NCBI GenBank assembly: GCA_036172245.1
Contig: JAYWIR010000012.1
Span: 2,294,001-2,358,000, forward strand
Source: Raillietiella orientalis
Taxonomy: Eukaryota
DNA length: 64,000 bases
Direction of reading: 5' to 3'
The notes beneath the pieces are model-generated. The model was not told the DNA's origin. It was given only the letters and a program-made list of their open reading frames with translations, and did not search any database. Below are positions 18,588 to 32,391 of the stretch, piece by piece. The position numbers and the translations under genes are program-made. Every line of letters begins with the position of its first letter. The stretch's first letter is position 1.

Positions 18588-20290
18588 GCGGGAGTTTTGC
18601 GTCCCCTCCGCAGCTGCGACACTGCCGGGGGACGACGACCCGGGAGGAGAGACTGGAAGAGACCTGCGAGGGCGGCAGGAGAGCTCGTGGTCCACCGGGT
18701 GCTGCGCTCCTCCCTCCGAGATTTCCCGAGAATGGCCTACGGGAACCGCATCCTCCTACCTCTCGTCCGCGTCTCGCCCACCAGGGTCTGCCCGTTCCCG
18801 CGGGCGCCGGAGGTGCCGCTCGCCGAACCGCGAAGAGTTGGCGCTCCGGCACAGGGAGGGGCCGGATCTGCTACCCAAAACGATTGACCCCGCACTTTCC
18901 GCCGGTGACCCTGGCGTCCGAAGGTCGAGGTGCAGCGCTCCTCCTACCGCCCTCCACCCTTTTCCTGTTGGCTCCTACGGCGCCAACAGGCAGGCCCAAT
19001 GCAGGGGGCTTTGATCCGCCCAAGAGCCCTGTAGGGAGTCCTCCGTGCCAGCCACGAGGCCAGGGGCCGGAGGGCCTCTTCCGCTGCCTGCTTGCATCTC
19101 CTACAGAAAGGACCGCCCCTATGCGGAGCTCTCCGAAGAAGTCAAGGAAAAGGTCCCCTATCCTCAGAGGGGCCTCGCCTCCGGTCGGCCCCTCGTGCCC
19201 TTCCTTCCCTCCCTCCCGAACGAGCGGTCCGTGCGTCCCGAAGGCGGTAGGAGATTCCCCTCAGCCCCGGCCCTGGCGGGAGTCCTCCTGGGGAGCGCCT
19301 CCGGGAAGGCGCACCTTCAGGGGCAAGAGGGCGGAAGCGGATAGGCCTATCCGTGAGGTTTTCCGGCCCCTCGTCGTTGCGACGAAAGACCGGCATCGCA
19401 CGCCTCCTGCACTCGGAATGGCTCCGGGACCGGGAGAAAGCAGGACCGAGCGAGGGGAAGGTGGAAGGGCAGTCACCGAGGGCGCGTCGCTCCGGGAAGA
19501 CCGAGGCTGCCTCGGAGCGCTGCCTCCGGGATGGGGTTGCCGCCGCCTCCCTCCATCCTCTTGCGCACCTCGCAGGACGCTTCTCGTCGCCTAGGGCAGT
19601 GGCGACGCCGAAGGAGCTGCTACACACCCGCCGCCGCAGGGTCAAAAAGGCCTCTAAGGGCGCTGACTGGCGCGTCTGGGGGAGGGAAGGGCCGAAGCCG
19701 CCGCGGGAAGACCTCGAGGTTTCAGACGCACCTCTGCTTCGTTGCCACCAAGCTCGCCGGTGGTGCCGTGGGGCACCGGCGTCCCGCGGTGGGGCGTCCC
19801 AGAGGCGTTAGGGAGGAGAGAACGCCCCAAGTTGCGCCGCCTAGGACCATCCCAATGGTCTCCCCCTTCTCCGAAGGTCGGAAACCGCGGAGGGAGGCCT
19901 CAGTCGTTACCGGTGAAACCGAAGGAGCCAACAGACAATGAGAAGAGATATGTAGGAGGTGCTCTGCACCTCGAACCTTCGGGCAGCGGGGTCATCGGCG
20001 GAAAGCGCAGGGGCCACCGTCCTGGAAAGTAGGTCCGGTCCCTCCCCGTGCCAGAGCGCCAACTCTTCGCGGTTCGGCGAGCGGCAACTCCGGCGCCCGC
20101 GGGAGCGAGCAGGCCCTGGCGGGTGGGACGCCGACGCGGATGAGGGGGAGGATACGGTTCCTGTGGGGCGACGCCCGAGAAATCCCGGAATGCAGTTCCC
20201 GCTGAAGGTGCCAGGGCCTTCCGAAAAGACGTGCTCCTGTGAGCTCGGTGTCCCCGCTGGTGCCAGCGGGCAGGAGCGCCGCCCTCCCGC
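18588..20290. repeat. Long imperfect inverted repeat (arms ~18588-18990 and ~19910-20290)
   Basis: The arms align as reverse complements, including a 33-nt exact block TGCCGCTCGCCGAACCGCGAAGAGTTGGCGCTC; also visible as duplicated peptides in ORFs 18492+ and 19992-. Confidence 0.9.
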
Positions 20291-23200
20291 CGAAGAAGCG
20301 GCTCTGCTCCAGTGTTACCACGAACGCACCCTACGGTGTCAGGAAACCTAGAAACCGAGCTGGAACATCCTTTGCGGCTGTGCCCTGCCCGCACCCACGG
20401 GAGCGGTGACGGCTCCCTTTTGAAGACAGACTTCGTTCGCACGTGCTCCCGGGAGCTCCAGAAGGGAAGGGGAGGTTCGCGAGCCGCGTTCAGTAGGGAG
20501 CTGAGCCCCGCAACCAGCCCGGCCACCGTTCCCTGAAGGCACGTGACCGCTCCTCTCCTTGCCTCCCCCCTCCCCTTTCTCCCGTCGGGCAGAGCCGCCA
20601 CGTGTCGGTGCCGCTTTGGAGGCTCCTGCACTCGTCGCTGCGCGTAGCCCTCCTGGTCCTCCTTCCCTGGAATCGCGCCCGCAGATGGAAAGTCCAGGAG
20701 AAAGGAGGTAAAGGGAGGAAAGGGGAGTGCGCGTCGGTTCCGCAAGGTTCCCATCGCCTTCTCTTTCCAGCTCCTCCAGACGCGGCGAGTACTCCTCGCA
20801 AACCAAATGGTCGCCCCGCCCGAGAGGGCGGGCTCCACTGACGTTTGCGGCGCCCGCAGGAAACGTTCGGGAAGGATCGCAGGGAGGGAGCGGCGCTAGA
20901 GGCACCAGAGCGGCAGCGTAATGGGCAGTTCTGGAACCGTCTCTGGAACGTTTCCGCTGCTGATTTGAAAAGTTGCCGGGACTCCCGGGTACTGCAACTG
21001 CGATCCAGGAATTTGACGACTGCCCTCGCGCGAGGCTCCAGGGAAGCTGCCGCCGCCGCCGCCGCTCCTCCTCCTCATCATCCTCATCCTCGCGTAGTAA
21101 CTGTACCAAGTTTCGCAAGCCGCTCCCGGGGGCTTGCGGGTGAAGGAAAAGGCTCTCGCCGGGACGTGCAGCGCCCTCTCTGAGGAGACATCCGAAGGAA
21201 ACCGCCAGAGACGGCACCTTCCCGTCCGGCGGCAGAGTCACCGCCTCCCAGGCGCGCCCGTCCGACTTCGCAAACTCTTCGACCAAGCTCCCTGCCCCTC
21301 CTTTTCCCTTTCGTCCTCACCCCCGCCTCCACCCAGCAAATGACCCCGTCTCGCTAGCACCTGCTTGGCACACGTCCCATCCTCGCTTTCGGCCACGAGA
21401 AGCGCCCCGGAGCATGGTTTTTGATTTCCTGCGTGCTCCCTGAGCAGTCATCAGCCACCGAGCGCACTTCGCTTTTGCAGGATGTGACGGAAAAAGGAAG
21501 GCGGCCATGAGGGATCGAAGGGGTAGGAGGTGGGACGTAGAAGCTCCTCAGTTGCACAATAGCACTTCTGCTCTCCTTGTGCCGCGGGGGAGGCCTCGCT
21601 GCGAAGCGTCGAGCCTGAGCGCAGCGTCTTTCTGCCATGAAGCCATGGAGACGGCGTCGTTACTCCCCTCCCTCCTTCGTTGCGTCATCCAGCTGACGCA
21701 ACAATGGGCACGGCCTAGGGCAAGCGGGCGCTTTTCTCGTCGCCTCCGAACCGGTTCGAAGGGACGCGCGTTCGTTCCTTCGCATTCCTCTTCGAAGGAG
21801 CTCCCGACCCTGCACATCGAACGCAGCCTCATCCTCTAGCAGCAGCAGTGGCGAATATGCAGTGGTTTCGCCCGCTCCTCCTCCCATGGGAAGCTCCCGT
21901 CTTACGCGCCTCGAACGGTTCGATAGCTTTCGCTGTCTCGCGTTCGCGCAGGCGCGGTAGCCACGCTATTCTCGCGGCTCCTCGGAAGCGGCCGACAGCT
22001 CTGCGGAGAGGATTGGTTCCCCGGTCCATAACGAGGGTCCGACCAAGTCCGGAGCGCGCCCATTCCTGGAGAAAGAGGAGGTGGGTGCAGAGCGCCTTGC
22101 CCCGGGAATCGGGAACTTCTTCCCGTCCTCTGCAGTCCTCCTCCTCGCTTCTCCCTCCCACCTCCCCTTCCCTTCCTCCCTGACTCTTCGAAACGGGGAC
22201 CACCTCCCGTCCCTTTACTCTTGGACCCCGTGATGGGTCGCGAGAATGTACCAGGGAGCCCGCCGGCACCTCAGGGGGCTGCCGAGATGGAAGGCCGAGA
22301 GGCGGCAATGTTTCCGCTCCCCCACCCCAGAGCCCCGGAGAGCTGCTCCAGATGCAGGCATCCCGGACAGCCTCCAGGGAAGACACAGTCTCTCTCTCTT
22401 CTCTCTCCCTCCCCCTGAGAACACCAGTGACCCCCTTCCTCTCCCACCGTTCCAGAACTTACGGAGATCCACGCCACGTTCCTGCGCACCGACCCGAGGT
22501 CTTCCATGCGACGAGAGAGGCCGCCTCCTCCCTCCCCCATCCTATTGACTGTTGGACGTGGAATCTCCGCTTCCCAGGGTCCACGCGCCTCGTGGTGCTG
22601 ACCTCTGCGATTCCGGCTGCAGAAGAAGACCACGGACAGGAGGGAACCCCTGCTTGGTGCTCTTTCCTCGGAGAGCTCAGGGCAGCGGAGGTCTTCCCCT
22701 CCCCTCCAGAGGAGGGGCAGGGTCGCACGGACTGGAGAGATCTCCCTCCCCCCCTTCTGCGTCTATGGGAAATCCCGGCTCATGCTCCTCGGAACTCTGC
22801 CGACTGACCCTAAGAGCACGCGCGCGAGAAAGAAGCAAGAAGGGACTGCCGGCGCGCGCGTCACTTCGCAGCCATGAGGTCCGTCTCCAAGCAACCGCGG
22901 TCGGTCGGGAGCCGTTCCTCCGAGCCGCTCACAGGTGCGCCATCTCGAAGAACTGCAAGTCCGGTAGTCGGGGGGGCAGACTGGCGTCTGCTTGGAAACG
23001 TCTTCGGCCCGGGAGGGTCTAAGGCGGTGCGGCGGTGGTTCCGCTCAGACGTTCCCTCTGGGCTAGCGGAGATCATCGACCGAGAGGAATGAGGAGAGTC
23101 CCTTGGACGGGGGAATGGACCCCCTTCCCAGGACGCCTCCGAGGAAGCGTACCTGCTCGCTGACCTCCTTCCATGACAGCGCTGCGTGAACTCAGGGGGC

Positions 23201-26125
23201 AGGGGGAGAAGGATGCGGCGCACGCGCGCGTTTCTGTCATGCTTCCCTTCGGGGGGATGATGACCCCTCACCGTTGCCGGGGTGACCGGCTCCGGTCCAC
23301 GAACCGAGCGCTGCTCTTCCCCGGCTGGTGCGTTTAGACGCGAGGCCTCCGGCAGGGGGTCGTCTGCAGGAGAGCAGGGGAGCTGCGGACGTCCGCGGTG
23401 CTCCCTTCTTCCCGGATTCCGTCGGAACGGGAGCTCGTGAGGCGCTTTCCCCGCGGCGTCCCTCTACGCCTTCTTGGCCGCCCATCGCGAGGCGCCGCAG
23501 GGGCTCGAGAACCAAAATGTCAGGAAGCATCCCTCCGCAGTCGCCCTGGGAGGGCCGCGGGGCGCGGCCACCGGGAATTCTCGCTTCTCGCCCGTCTAGG
23601 GCGCTTCTCCGCACCCCAAATGCCCGGCCGGACCTCCTTTCCCCCGCGGTCGGTGCAGGATGCCTGGAGCACGGCGCCCAAAGGGGCAGAATAGGTTCGC
23701 GCCAAATCGGTCAGAAGGCGTGCAGGGGGTCCCGATCTGTCCCTTCGGCGTTCGCCTCCCTTCGGTGAGGCGCTGAAGACGGGTTGGGGCGCCGCCAATC
23801 TCCATGGTCGCACGTGCTCCCGACTCCGGGACGCCGCCGCCGCAGCCGGTGGGCGAGGGCAGACGGCAGCGTTCTTCTTCGCTTGCGTGACGTATGAGGC
23901 GTCATCTGAGAGAAAGCGCCCCCCCGAAGAGCCGGTGGGCTGACCACCCGGAAGCACCCAGGCGGCTGCCCGCGCGCAGACTCCTGCGAGGAGCATGGAC
24001 GAGCGCTGTGCGTGCTGGAGCGCCTCCTCCGAGAGCTGGAATCAGACTCAGGACGAGCCCCCCGGAGTCACCTTGTAGACGGTCCTAACCATCGGAATGC
24101 TTCCGCCGAGCCGGTCAGTCCGGAGGACTTCCGCTTCCCTCCTTCTCTTCCCGGCGTCCCTCAGCCTGGGCCACGCGATCCACGAGAAGACGCCGACAAG
24201 CCTCTGGGAAGCGCCGAGTCTGCCCACGGCAGAGATGTCCATCTCTGCCGCGGGCAGACGAGGGAAAGGTCCCGGAGTCACTCCGGGACTTGCGCGCAGA
24301 GCGTTCCGGCTAGAGAGGGAGTGGATCAGCGGACGGCAAGGAAGGGGCGCTGACCCCTTCTCACAGACCCTAGGGGCGGAGTAGGGAGGCGATAGCAGGA
24401 TGGAACGCCCGCGGAGGATGCAGAGGGAAAGCAATCTCGACCACGCTCGAAGGGGCTCGCAGACCACGGTGGTCTCTCCGCTTGCTTTTCCCTTCTAGGA
24501 TGCGCGCCATCGTGGTGCGCACTTTTCACTTCCCCTCCCCCCCCCCCCCCCCCGATGGTTTTTCTTACGTCTCCCACGACCAGCTGCTCTGGGCTGGCGA
24601 AGAGCAGCTCCTTGTAGGACGGGTGCGATGGCACTGCGCACCTCCGTGGTGTGCGGTCACGTGACCTTTCGATGCCCTCCTCCTTCCTCGCCTCGTGGAG
24701 ACTTGGAAATCGTTTCCAGGGGATCGAGGGGTCGAGGGCGTGTGGGACCGCAGCTGAAAGGATGCGTGAGTTACCGGAGAGGCTAGATCAAAGAGGAGGA
24801 GGAGAAGGGGAGTCAGACCGCGACGAGGTGTGATCTCCAGGGAAACCAGAGAGGCGGGTGAGTGGGACCGACAGAAACCACGAGGAAGAGAAGGAGGAGG
24901 AGCAGTGTCGTCTTCGGCAGGGAAGCAACTTCTTGTCCCCTTCCTCGGTCATCCGTGACCGCGAGAAAAAAAAAAACTGTCTCGTCTGCATGCTGTTTCC
25001 ATGGGCACAGCCAGTCAGCGAAGCCCCGCTACCTCCGTCTCGACATGGTCAGCGACTTTCGAGTCTCCTTCGCAAGGACGAGGAGGGTCGGGGAAAAAAG
25101 CAGCACCCGGGAGAAGGGTGAAAGAGTGCGGCTTCGTTTCCTCTTTGCTCCCCTTAGCGGACAGGGGCATCCCGAAGGAAAGGAAGCGGAAGGAAGAGAT
25201 CCCGGTGAAGAAGAGCAAGAAGCGCGTTTTGCGACGACCTGCCAGGGCGACAGTATAGGTGAGCACGGGGCAGCTCTGGCGCCGCGTGTGCTGGAGGGCT
25301 AGCAAGGAGGAGGAAGGGTAGATGGCGATGATCCTCAGCTGAATATCCTGGAGCCTCTGGATGGATGGGGCATTCGGAGGCTGCAGGATTCCCGGACTGG
25401 AACCGGGAGCATCCCTTAGGCTTCTAGAGCAGACACCCTTCGCGCGTTGCCTGAATCCTTCCCCCTCCCGAAACAGTTTCGGCAGGGGGCGAAGCCGCCA
25501 CCAGAGGAAGAAAAGCAACACGAAAGAGGGAAGTTCGCAGGAGACGAGGAGAGCGGTACGACGGAAAGGAGGAGGCCCTCCGAAACTCGGACCTGGGAAC
25601 GGTCAAAGTATGCAGGCGGGCACTCACAGAGGGAAAAGGAAGCCCGAAAACCTGAGGACGCAGTCTGGAAAGGAGAAGGGTTGATTCACTCTTCTACAGG
25701 GATGCCTTTCTGGCACTTGGGTTGGGCCCGGGACTGTGGGAGGATGGGTTCTGCAACTTCAGAAGAGCATGTCGGATGTGGGAGGAGAGCGTCCGTCACC
25801 AGGGAAGGGGCACCTGGAAGAACCGGAGCAAGCAGAACCCGTTACAAGCACCAGGCTCTATTGTCGCTCCCTTCATTCTCCCTCCCCTCCCACGCAGGCA
25901 CACACAATTTCCAGACTGGAGCGTGAAGTGCATCGTAAAAAATTAGGCTACCGTGAACTCACTCGAGGAAGATTTCATTTATATGAGGAGCTGAGCCTTC
26001 CGAATTGCGGGCGTCTCCCTGGAGGCGCTGGCAGATCGGAGCGCCGTCGCTGGCCGAGTTTACATCGGACGCTGCAAGCAGCTCGCAGGGCAGGAAATCA
26101 AGCGGGAAGGCACGGGCTAAAGAAT

Positions 26126-26222
26126 GCGGAAGCTCTCGCGGCAGCGCCAAGCATTGTTGGCGAAACAATGATGGTGGGCGGAGGCTCTCGCGGAAACGCT
26201 GAGCATTGTTGGCAGACAACGA
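26126..26222. repeat. 52-bp-period tandem duplication (2 copies)
   Basis: GCGGAAGCTCTCGCGGCAGCGCCAAGCATTGTTGGC at 26126 versus GCGGAGGCTCTCGCGGAAACGCTGAGCATTGTTGGC at 26178. Confidence 0.85.
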
Positions 26223-29200
26223 CAGCGAACACTGCGTGCTCATCCCCTCCATGGAAAAGTGTCACACAACGGACTCCTGTTTTCATCACGAGACGCTCGC
26301 TGGCACACTTCCGGGATCATTTCGGGCAACTTCCAGGGTCGGTTGCCGCGCAAAGCGACGGGCTCCGGAAGCGCTGCGAGTGTTCGAAAGCCGGGAGTTG
26401 GTGCCCCCCCCCCCCCGAAATGAGCATCCGTTCGCGGGATCCTGCTATTCGAGGTGGCCAAGGGGACGCATTCGCTCCCCGCCCCCCTATTTAGGGCAAG
26501 CACCTAAGAGTGCAAAAACACACTTCCGTTCCGCACCAGAAGGATCCTTCGCATGCGAGAAGAAAACGAGAAAAATAGCCGTCCGGCACGCGAGATTTTA
26601 CAGTCCTCCTGGTTCCACGTGGACGGCGGAACGAACATGGATTCGCTGTATGGTAAGCCCTCGGACGATGTCCGGGTGGAAGGAGTTCCCCCTCCCCTAA
26701 CTCGAGACGGCACGCCGCTGCTCCCGATCGACGCGAGGTGTCCCTTCGGAAGCGGCGACATGACGGTGGATCTCCAGCAGCGGGAAGGACGCGGCTGGAG
26801 GAACCGACGGCGACCCGGTCGGACTCCACGGGGGCGGATGCATCGTTCGGAAGGGCACGTTCCCTCGGGATACGCTCTCCTCTGCTCTTCCCTTTCGCTT
26901 CCCTGTCGCCTTCCTGCCTCTCTCCTTCGGGACGACATCGAGTCCCGGCCGAGCCGCCTTCTGGATCCTGACGGCGTCCCGGATCGGCCCGGGAGCGTCT
27001 TCGACCAGGACCTGCGGCCTCCGTGCTTTTTCCCCGGACGCTCCCGGGCGGCTGCGAACGCACGCCTCCGGGTGATCTTCCCGGGCGTTTGCCCAGCCAC
27101 GCACCTCCAGGAGTTGCTCTCTGCGCCGCCCCTCCCCCTCAGGCTCACGCGCGTGCGAGGAAGATGTGCTCACTTGCGTGACGGCGGGCCCGCGCATCCC
27201 CGTGCGTGAGAGCGCGTGCTGCTGCCGCCGCCAGTCTCGATGCAGCAGTTGCTGCACGTGCGTCGCCCGTTGTCATGGACGGGAGAGGGGGGTGGGAGGA
27301 AGCTTTCCGGGGCTCGCCGACAGAACCGAGGGCGAGCCACACCGTTTCCGAGTGGACGGCGGCCCCTGCTGGAAGAATGGGAGGAGGAGGGACGAGGCGA
27401 TCCCGGCAGGGCGGGGAGGAGGGCTTCGCCGGCGCGAACTCCCTTGACTCGGAGCTCCTCGAGGCCGGAAACCGGGAATTTCGAAATTCTCCCTCCTCCC
27501 CCTCCTCCTCCCTTTCTCCGAAGGGAGGTACCCGCTGGACCGGTTTCCACTTTCACTTTCGCGCCGTGGACCCCTGGAGCGCCCGCCGTTGTCATATGCC
27601 TTCGACGCTCCGGTCCGCGGCCGGCCGCACACCGCACGTGCCCGGGGGGGGAGGGGGGAGTGGAGGCTGGGAGTGATGGCTCTTCCTGACCTTCCCTCCC
27701 CCTCCTTTCGCTGCTCTTGGCACTTCAGGATTCATCCCATAGGATCGTCCGTCTCCTTCGGGAGCCTCCCAGGAAGAAGGGGACTCGCGCTGCACCATTC
27801 TCAGGCGGCCTTGCTGAGCAAAGGGCGCAGCAGCGCGAGAGCGGGTCGCCCGATCTCCCTTGCCACGCAGCTGCCCAGAAACTCTCTTCCTCCCTCTTCT
27901 CGGGAGAGGGAAGGAGGGGAAGAGAGGGAAGACGCAGGAACCAGCAGAAGGCCAAGTTCCTCCCCACCCCCTCCCTCTCGAGTGACCCTGCGAAAAGGAA
28001 CGCATGAATTCCTGCAGAAAACAGGAAGCCTCTCCCGGTTTTACCGGGTGCCTCTTCGGGCAGCGCGACGACCTCGGCCCCGGTCCACCGCGGGATCGGA
28101 ATGCCCTCCCTTCCCCTCACTCCGGCCACCCTGCCTGCTCTTCCCGGGTCGTGACCCGAGAGTCTGCTGGTCTTGCGCCACCGGCAAACTGCTCTCTGCC
28201 GCCGCCCCGTGGCGGAGCTCCGCCCGAGGCCGCTCCTTGCCGGCGGCTGGAACTGCGGAGGGACGCGCGCTTGCGCCCCCTGTCCAGCGCCGCTTCGCCG
28301 GTTCGCACCCCTGCTCCCTTTGCAGCGCTTGTGAAGGACGGAGATCTCCGCCTCCTCCGCTCGAGAGGTCACCTTTGGTGACCAGCCTGGTCCGCCAACG
28401 GACACCCAGTGCCACCGGGAATTCCGTTCGTGGGCCAGAAGTAGTTCCAGAGCCCTCGGGAAGAGGGCACTTCGACTCGTTGCTTCCCCAGCATGCGCCC
28501 TCTTCCCCAGAGATGATTGGGCGGAATTCTTTCCCGGGGAAGCAGCGCGCCATGCCACATGGGCGCCGGATGCCCGGAGGGGGCGGAGGGGCAAAGGCCG
28601 AAAAGCACGGGAACACCCGGAGGTGCAACTCCCTTCCGTCGCGGGGCGGACAGAAAGGGGGAAGAGCCGGCAGACGAGAAGGCCCATGCAGCGCGCGAGT
28701 CTCCGCGAGGGGCGACTCCCAAGCTCCCCCTCTGGGAGGCTCCTGTGGACTCCGTCCGTGAGGTCAGGCGCGAGCAGCTTGGCGGATTCCCCGGCCAGGC
28801 ACTGCGCCGGAAGATCAGGGCGGGGAGGGCGCGGGCTAGTTCCGGAGGCCTCCGGCGCTCCTGCGCTCCGGGGGAGTTACGCGCGGGGTCGCCAGGGGTC
28901 GACTCCCGGAAGCGTGCCGTCCCCTGGCAACAGGTCCTGCGAAAGGAGAAAGGGGGGATCTAGAGCCTTCCAGTCTCACGGCAGGAGGGAGGGGGGGTGA
29001 GCGCGCCCACCTAGACGTATTCTCCTGGCAACGGGGGGTGAACGGGGAGGACCCGAAGAGCTCGCCTCGGCGAAGTCGCGGGCCGGTCCCCGGCACCGCC
29101 GCCGACGGAGGGGCCGACTTTTCCCTCACAGGTGGACGAGCTGGGCGGGAGAAAAGCGGCGAGGGAGGGCTCTGCGAGTCACCCCGCTCCCCTTTCTCTT

Positions 29201-32200
29201 GATTATCGGTGACGAGGATGCCCTCCTTCCCAGGGTGACCCGAGACCCCGAGGGCACTCGCGGGAGGCTTGCCGGTCTGCGATCCCGGACCGAGCGGGGT
29301 CATCAAGGGAGGCAGAGGCGCTCAGGGTGGGGTGGAGAACCCCCGCGGGGGCAATGAGGGAACGCCGGCTCGCAGCAGACTGTCCTGCGACCTTCCTCGG
29401 CTCCCGATCACCCGAGAGTCACGGGAGTGGAGGGGTTTTCCTGGGGTCACCAGAAACGGAACGCCGGAGGTTCTCGCTACCAAAGCGACTCCAAGCACAA
29501 AGGGGTCGGAAGCTCAAGGACAGGTCATGGGGGGGATCATCCCTCAGGTGGCAGGACGATCGCGCCTGCCCGTCGTAGGCCGCTCGGCGCTGGAGGCAAA
29601 CGAAGTGGACTTCTGAGCGAAGTGGACTTTCCGCGGAAGGGGCCCGGTGCCCCTTGGAGGGGACTTCAGAAGCTCCTGGAATGGGAGGGAGGAAGCAGGA
29701 AAAGGGGAGGGGGGAAACGTAGGGATGCGGACCTTCTCCCGAAGGGAACGGCGTCCCTCTCCCTTCCCTTCCTACCCCCGAAGGAGAAAAATGGGGCCCT
29801 CCAGAGGCGCTCGACAGCGAACAGAAAGCGGAGGGAGGGGGGGAGGAGATTCCCGGGAACGGCGTTCCGGCGGGAAGGTGGGGTAGCGGCCATCCTGTTT
29901 TCTTCCTTCCTCCTCCGGGGACGGCGGTCGACTCGACCCCCAAGACGGTCCAGGCGGATCGGAGGGGCTGTGGCGCGCAGGCGCAGCGAAGCGCTGCCGA
30001 GGATCAAACGGGAGACGCCAGATGCTCCGGGAGGGGTCGCGAGTTGCATTGAGCGGCCGAAGGCGCGCGCGGGCGGGGGACGATCGCAGAGTCCGCGCGC
30101 ATTTCGGACGTGCGAGCGGCATCATCAGCTCGGGGCTGCCCGCCCGCCGTCGTCAATGGCAACCCCGAGCTACCCGGCCGGCCGGGGAGCGAATACTTTC
30201 GAAAATGACGTGCGAATGGGAGCGGCTCCTTCGGAGGCGCGCACCCCCCCCCTCCCTGCCCGTAGCAGCGGCAGCCAGCGCGCGCTTCGCTGTCGGTCGG
30301 TCGGGAAGGAGGGTTGGGGGGGGAGGAGATTGGGGAATTCGAACGCCAGCAAAACGATTCTCTCCCGCCAAGGAAAGCGCGGCGGATCGGCCGCCGTCCG
30401 TGGAAGAGCGAGCGGGACGATCGCTTCGCTCCTCGTTGCTCGGCAACCACGTGTTGGGGCTGCGCTGCTTGTTGCCGGGATGGATGAATCCTCCGCGGGG
30501 CTGGTGGTCTGCTGCCCTCGAATCCCGCTGGCAACCAGCAAAGAACAAAGAGTCTTCCGCGCCGGCGCCGGCAGCTTGCCAGCCCCCTCTCTCCCCTCCC
30601 TGCCCCACAGAGGGGAGGGAGGCCTGCTCGAAGTGGTCCGGAGAATCGACCATCCTCTTCCTCCCCGAAACGGGACCGAGCAGCCCCGGGTAACGGGAGC
30701 GAGAGGCAAGGTCGCAGCCGGGCGCGGGGTGGGAATGGGGGAAGAGGAGCGGGGGGGAACTTCGGCGAACAACGGCGAGCAGCTCTGGTCGGGGAAAGTG
30801 GCGGGCGGAAAGAACGCGTGCCGCAGCATGTGCCTTCCATGAGAAATCAGCCGAGGGAATCTTCTGGAAGGAATCCTCGGCGGAGCTTCGGATTCACTCC
30901 ACGTGCGCGCTCGAATCGCCCGAAACGAGCGGCGGACGCTGGAACTACCCGGGTCAAGGCGGGCTGCCCCTGATGGCCACCAGTTGGCCATAGGCTTTTT
31001 CTCCCTCTCTCGACGGAACCTCTCCCAGTGAGGGCGTTGCTTTTTGCCTCTCCGGAAGCGAAAAGATGCCTAGAAGGGGCGCCTTGGAAAGTGCGCCGCC
31101 GCCGGGACGCGAGGAGGCGCCCGAGGACCCCGCGGCGGTGGGAAAAGAGCGCGGATGGGCTCCCCCGGACGGCCGTCCGCCCGCCCGCGCTCCTCCGTTG
31201 CCCGAGGGGCCGCGCTCGCGCCACTTTGTCGCGGCCGGAGGAGCAGCTCCCGCGCTCGGGGCGGCCCACGCGCGCAGCGGCCCGCCCCCGCCTGCGAGCA
31301 GCGGCCGGCCGTGAGCAGCGCCGCCCGGCTGTTTACCTCTTCCGGCGCCGCTCTCGCGTCAACAATAAGCGCGCGCGGGTGTAAAAATAACCTCGACAAT
31401 CCGCGCCCGGCCGGGGGAAACCGGAAGGAGCAACAATAAAAAATTGCGCGGAGGCTGCAGCTGCGCGCCTCGCGGAGAAAGCGCGCGTTTTATTTGGGCG
31501 CTGGGCCGAGCGGGGAGCGCCTTGTTTAGCGTTTCCATCCGCTGCAAGAACACAAAAGGCGGATCGGTTGCCTCGTTTCCTGCCTCCTCCTCCAGCATCC
31601 ATCACGGCGGCCGGGATTCGAAACGAAATGCACCTGAAACGCGCGCTAGTTTTTCAACATCATCCTCGACAAATAGCTCCTTGCTCTCCTCCTGAGAGCG
31701 AAGGGGACCTGCGGTTTTTGATTCACGCCTGCCGTTCGCATATTCTGGGAGTGCGCTCGCGCTGCTTTTTCTTTTCTTCCCCTTCCGCCTGAGATGCCCC
31801 GAAAAAAGACCCCCATTGATAGTTTAATCCGTGACAGTGGCTGCCTCTGTCATCCCCTTCTACAAGTTCCAGCTCCAAGAATCGGTGTGGGAGACGTCAA
31901 TCACTTTCTGCTGCGTTCCTTAAAGTGTGCCGAAGTAATCTTCCCAGGAAACCGGGGATGGGAAACCAGGAGGAGGGACGTGTCCTCGAGAGGAGACGCA
32001 AGAAGCGTCCCATTTGCGATTGGAAGAGGGGGAGGGGGGACGCGAGCTGCATTTCTTGGAGCCAGCCAGCCTTCCCCAGAAGAGCCGTTTCGCTTCCACG
32101 GGGGTGCATCCAGTCCTTAAAAGAGCTTCAACTCATTAGGAAGAGAAATCGCCGGTCCTCTGGCTTGCAGCTTCCAAAGCGCTTTCCTTCTTATGCTTCA

Positions 32201-32391
32201 GTTCCTCTCCGTTTCAGCTTATTATCATTTCTGGTGCTGAGTGATGGCCTTTTCATAAATGGCGAGGGGGACGCAGTTTCTTTGCAGCTCCCGAAATCTG
32301 GGGCGAGGAAATTCCCTCAGCACGATACGTCCCATTCTTTTGCCCCAAGTGGGATGGGGAATTTCGCGTCCCACTAGCAACTGCTAGCCCG

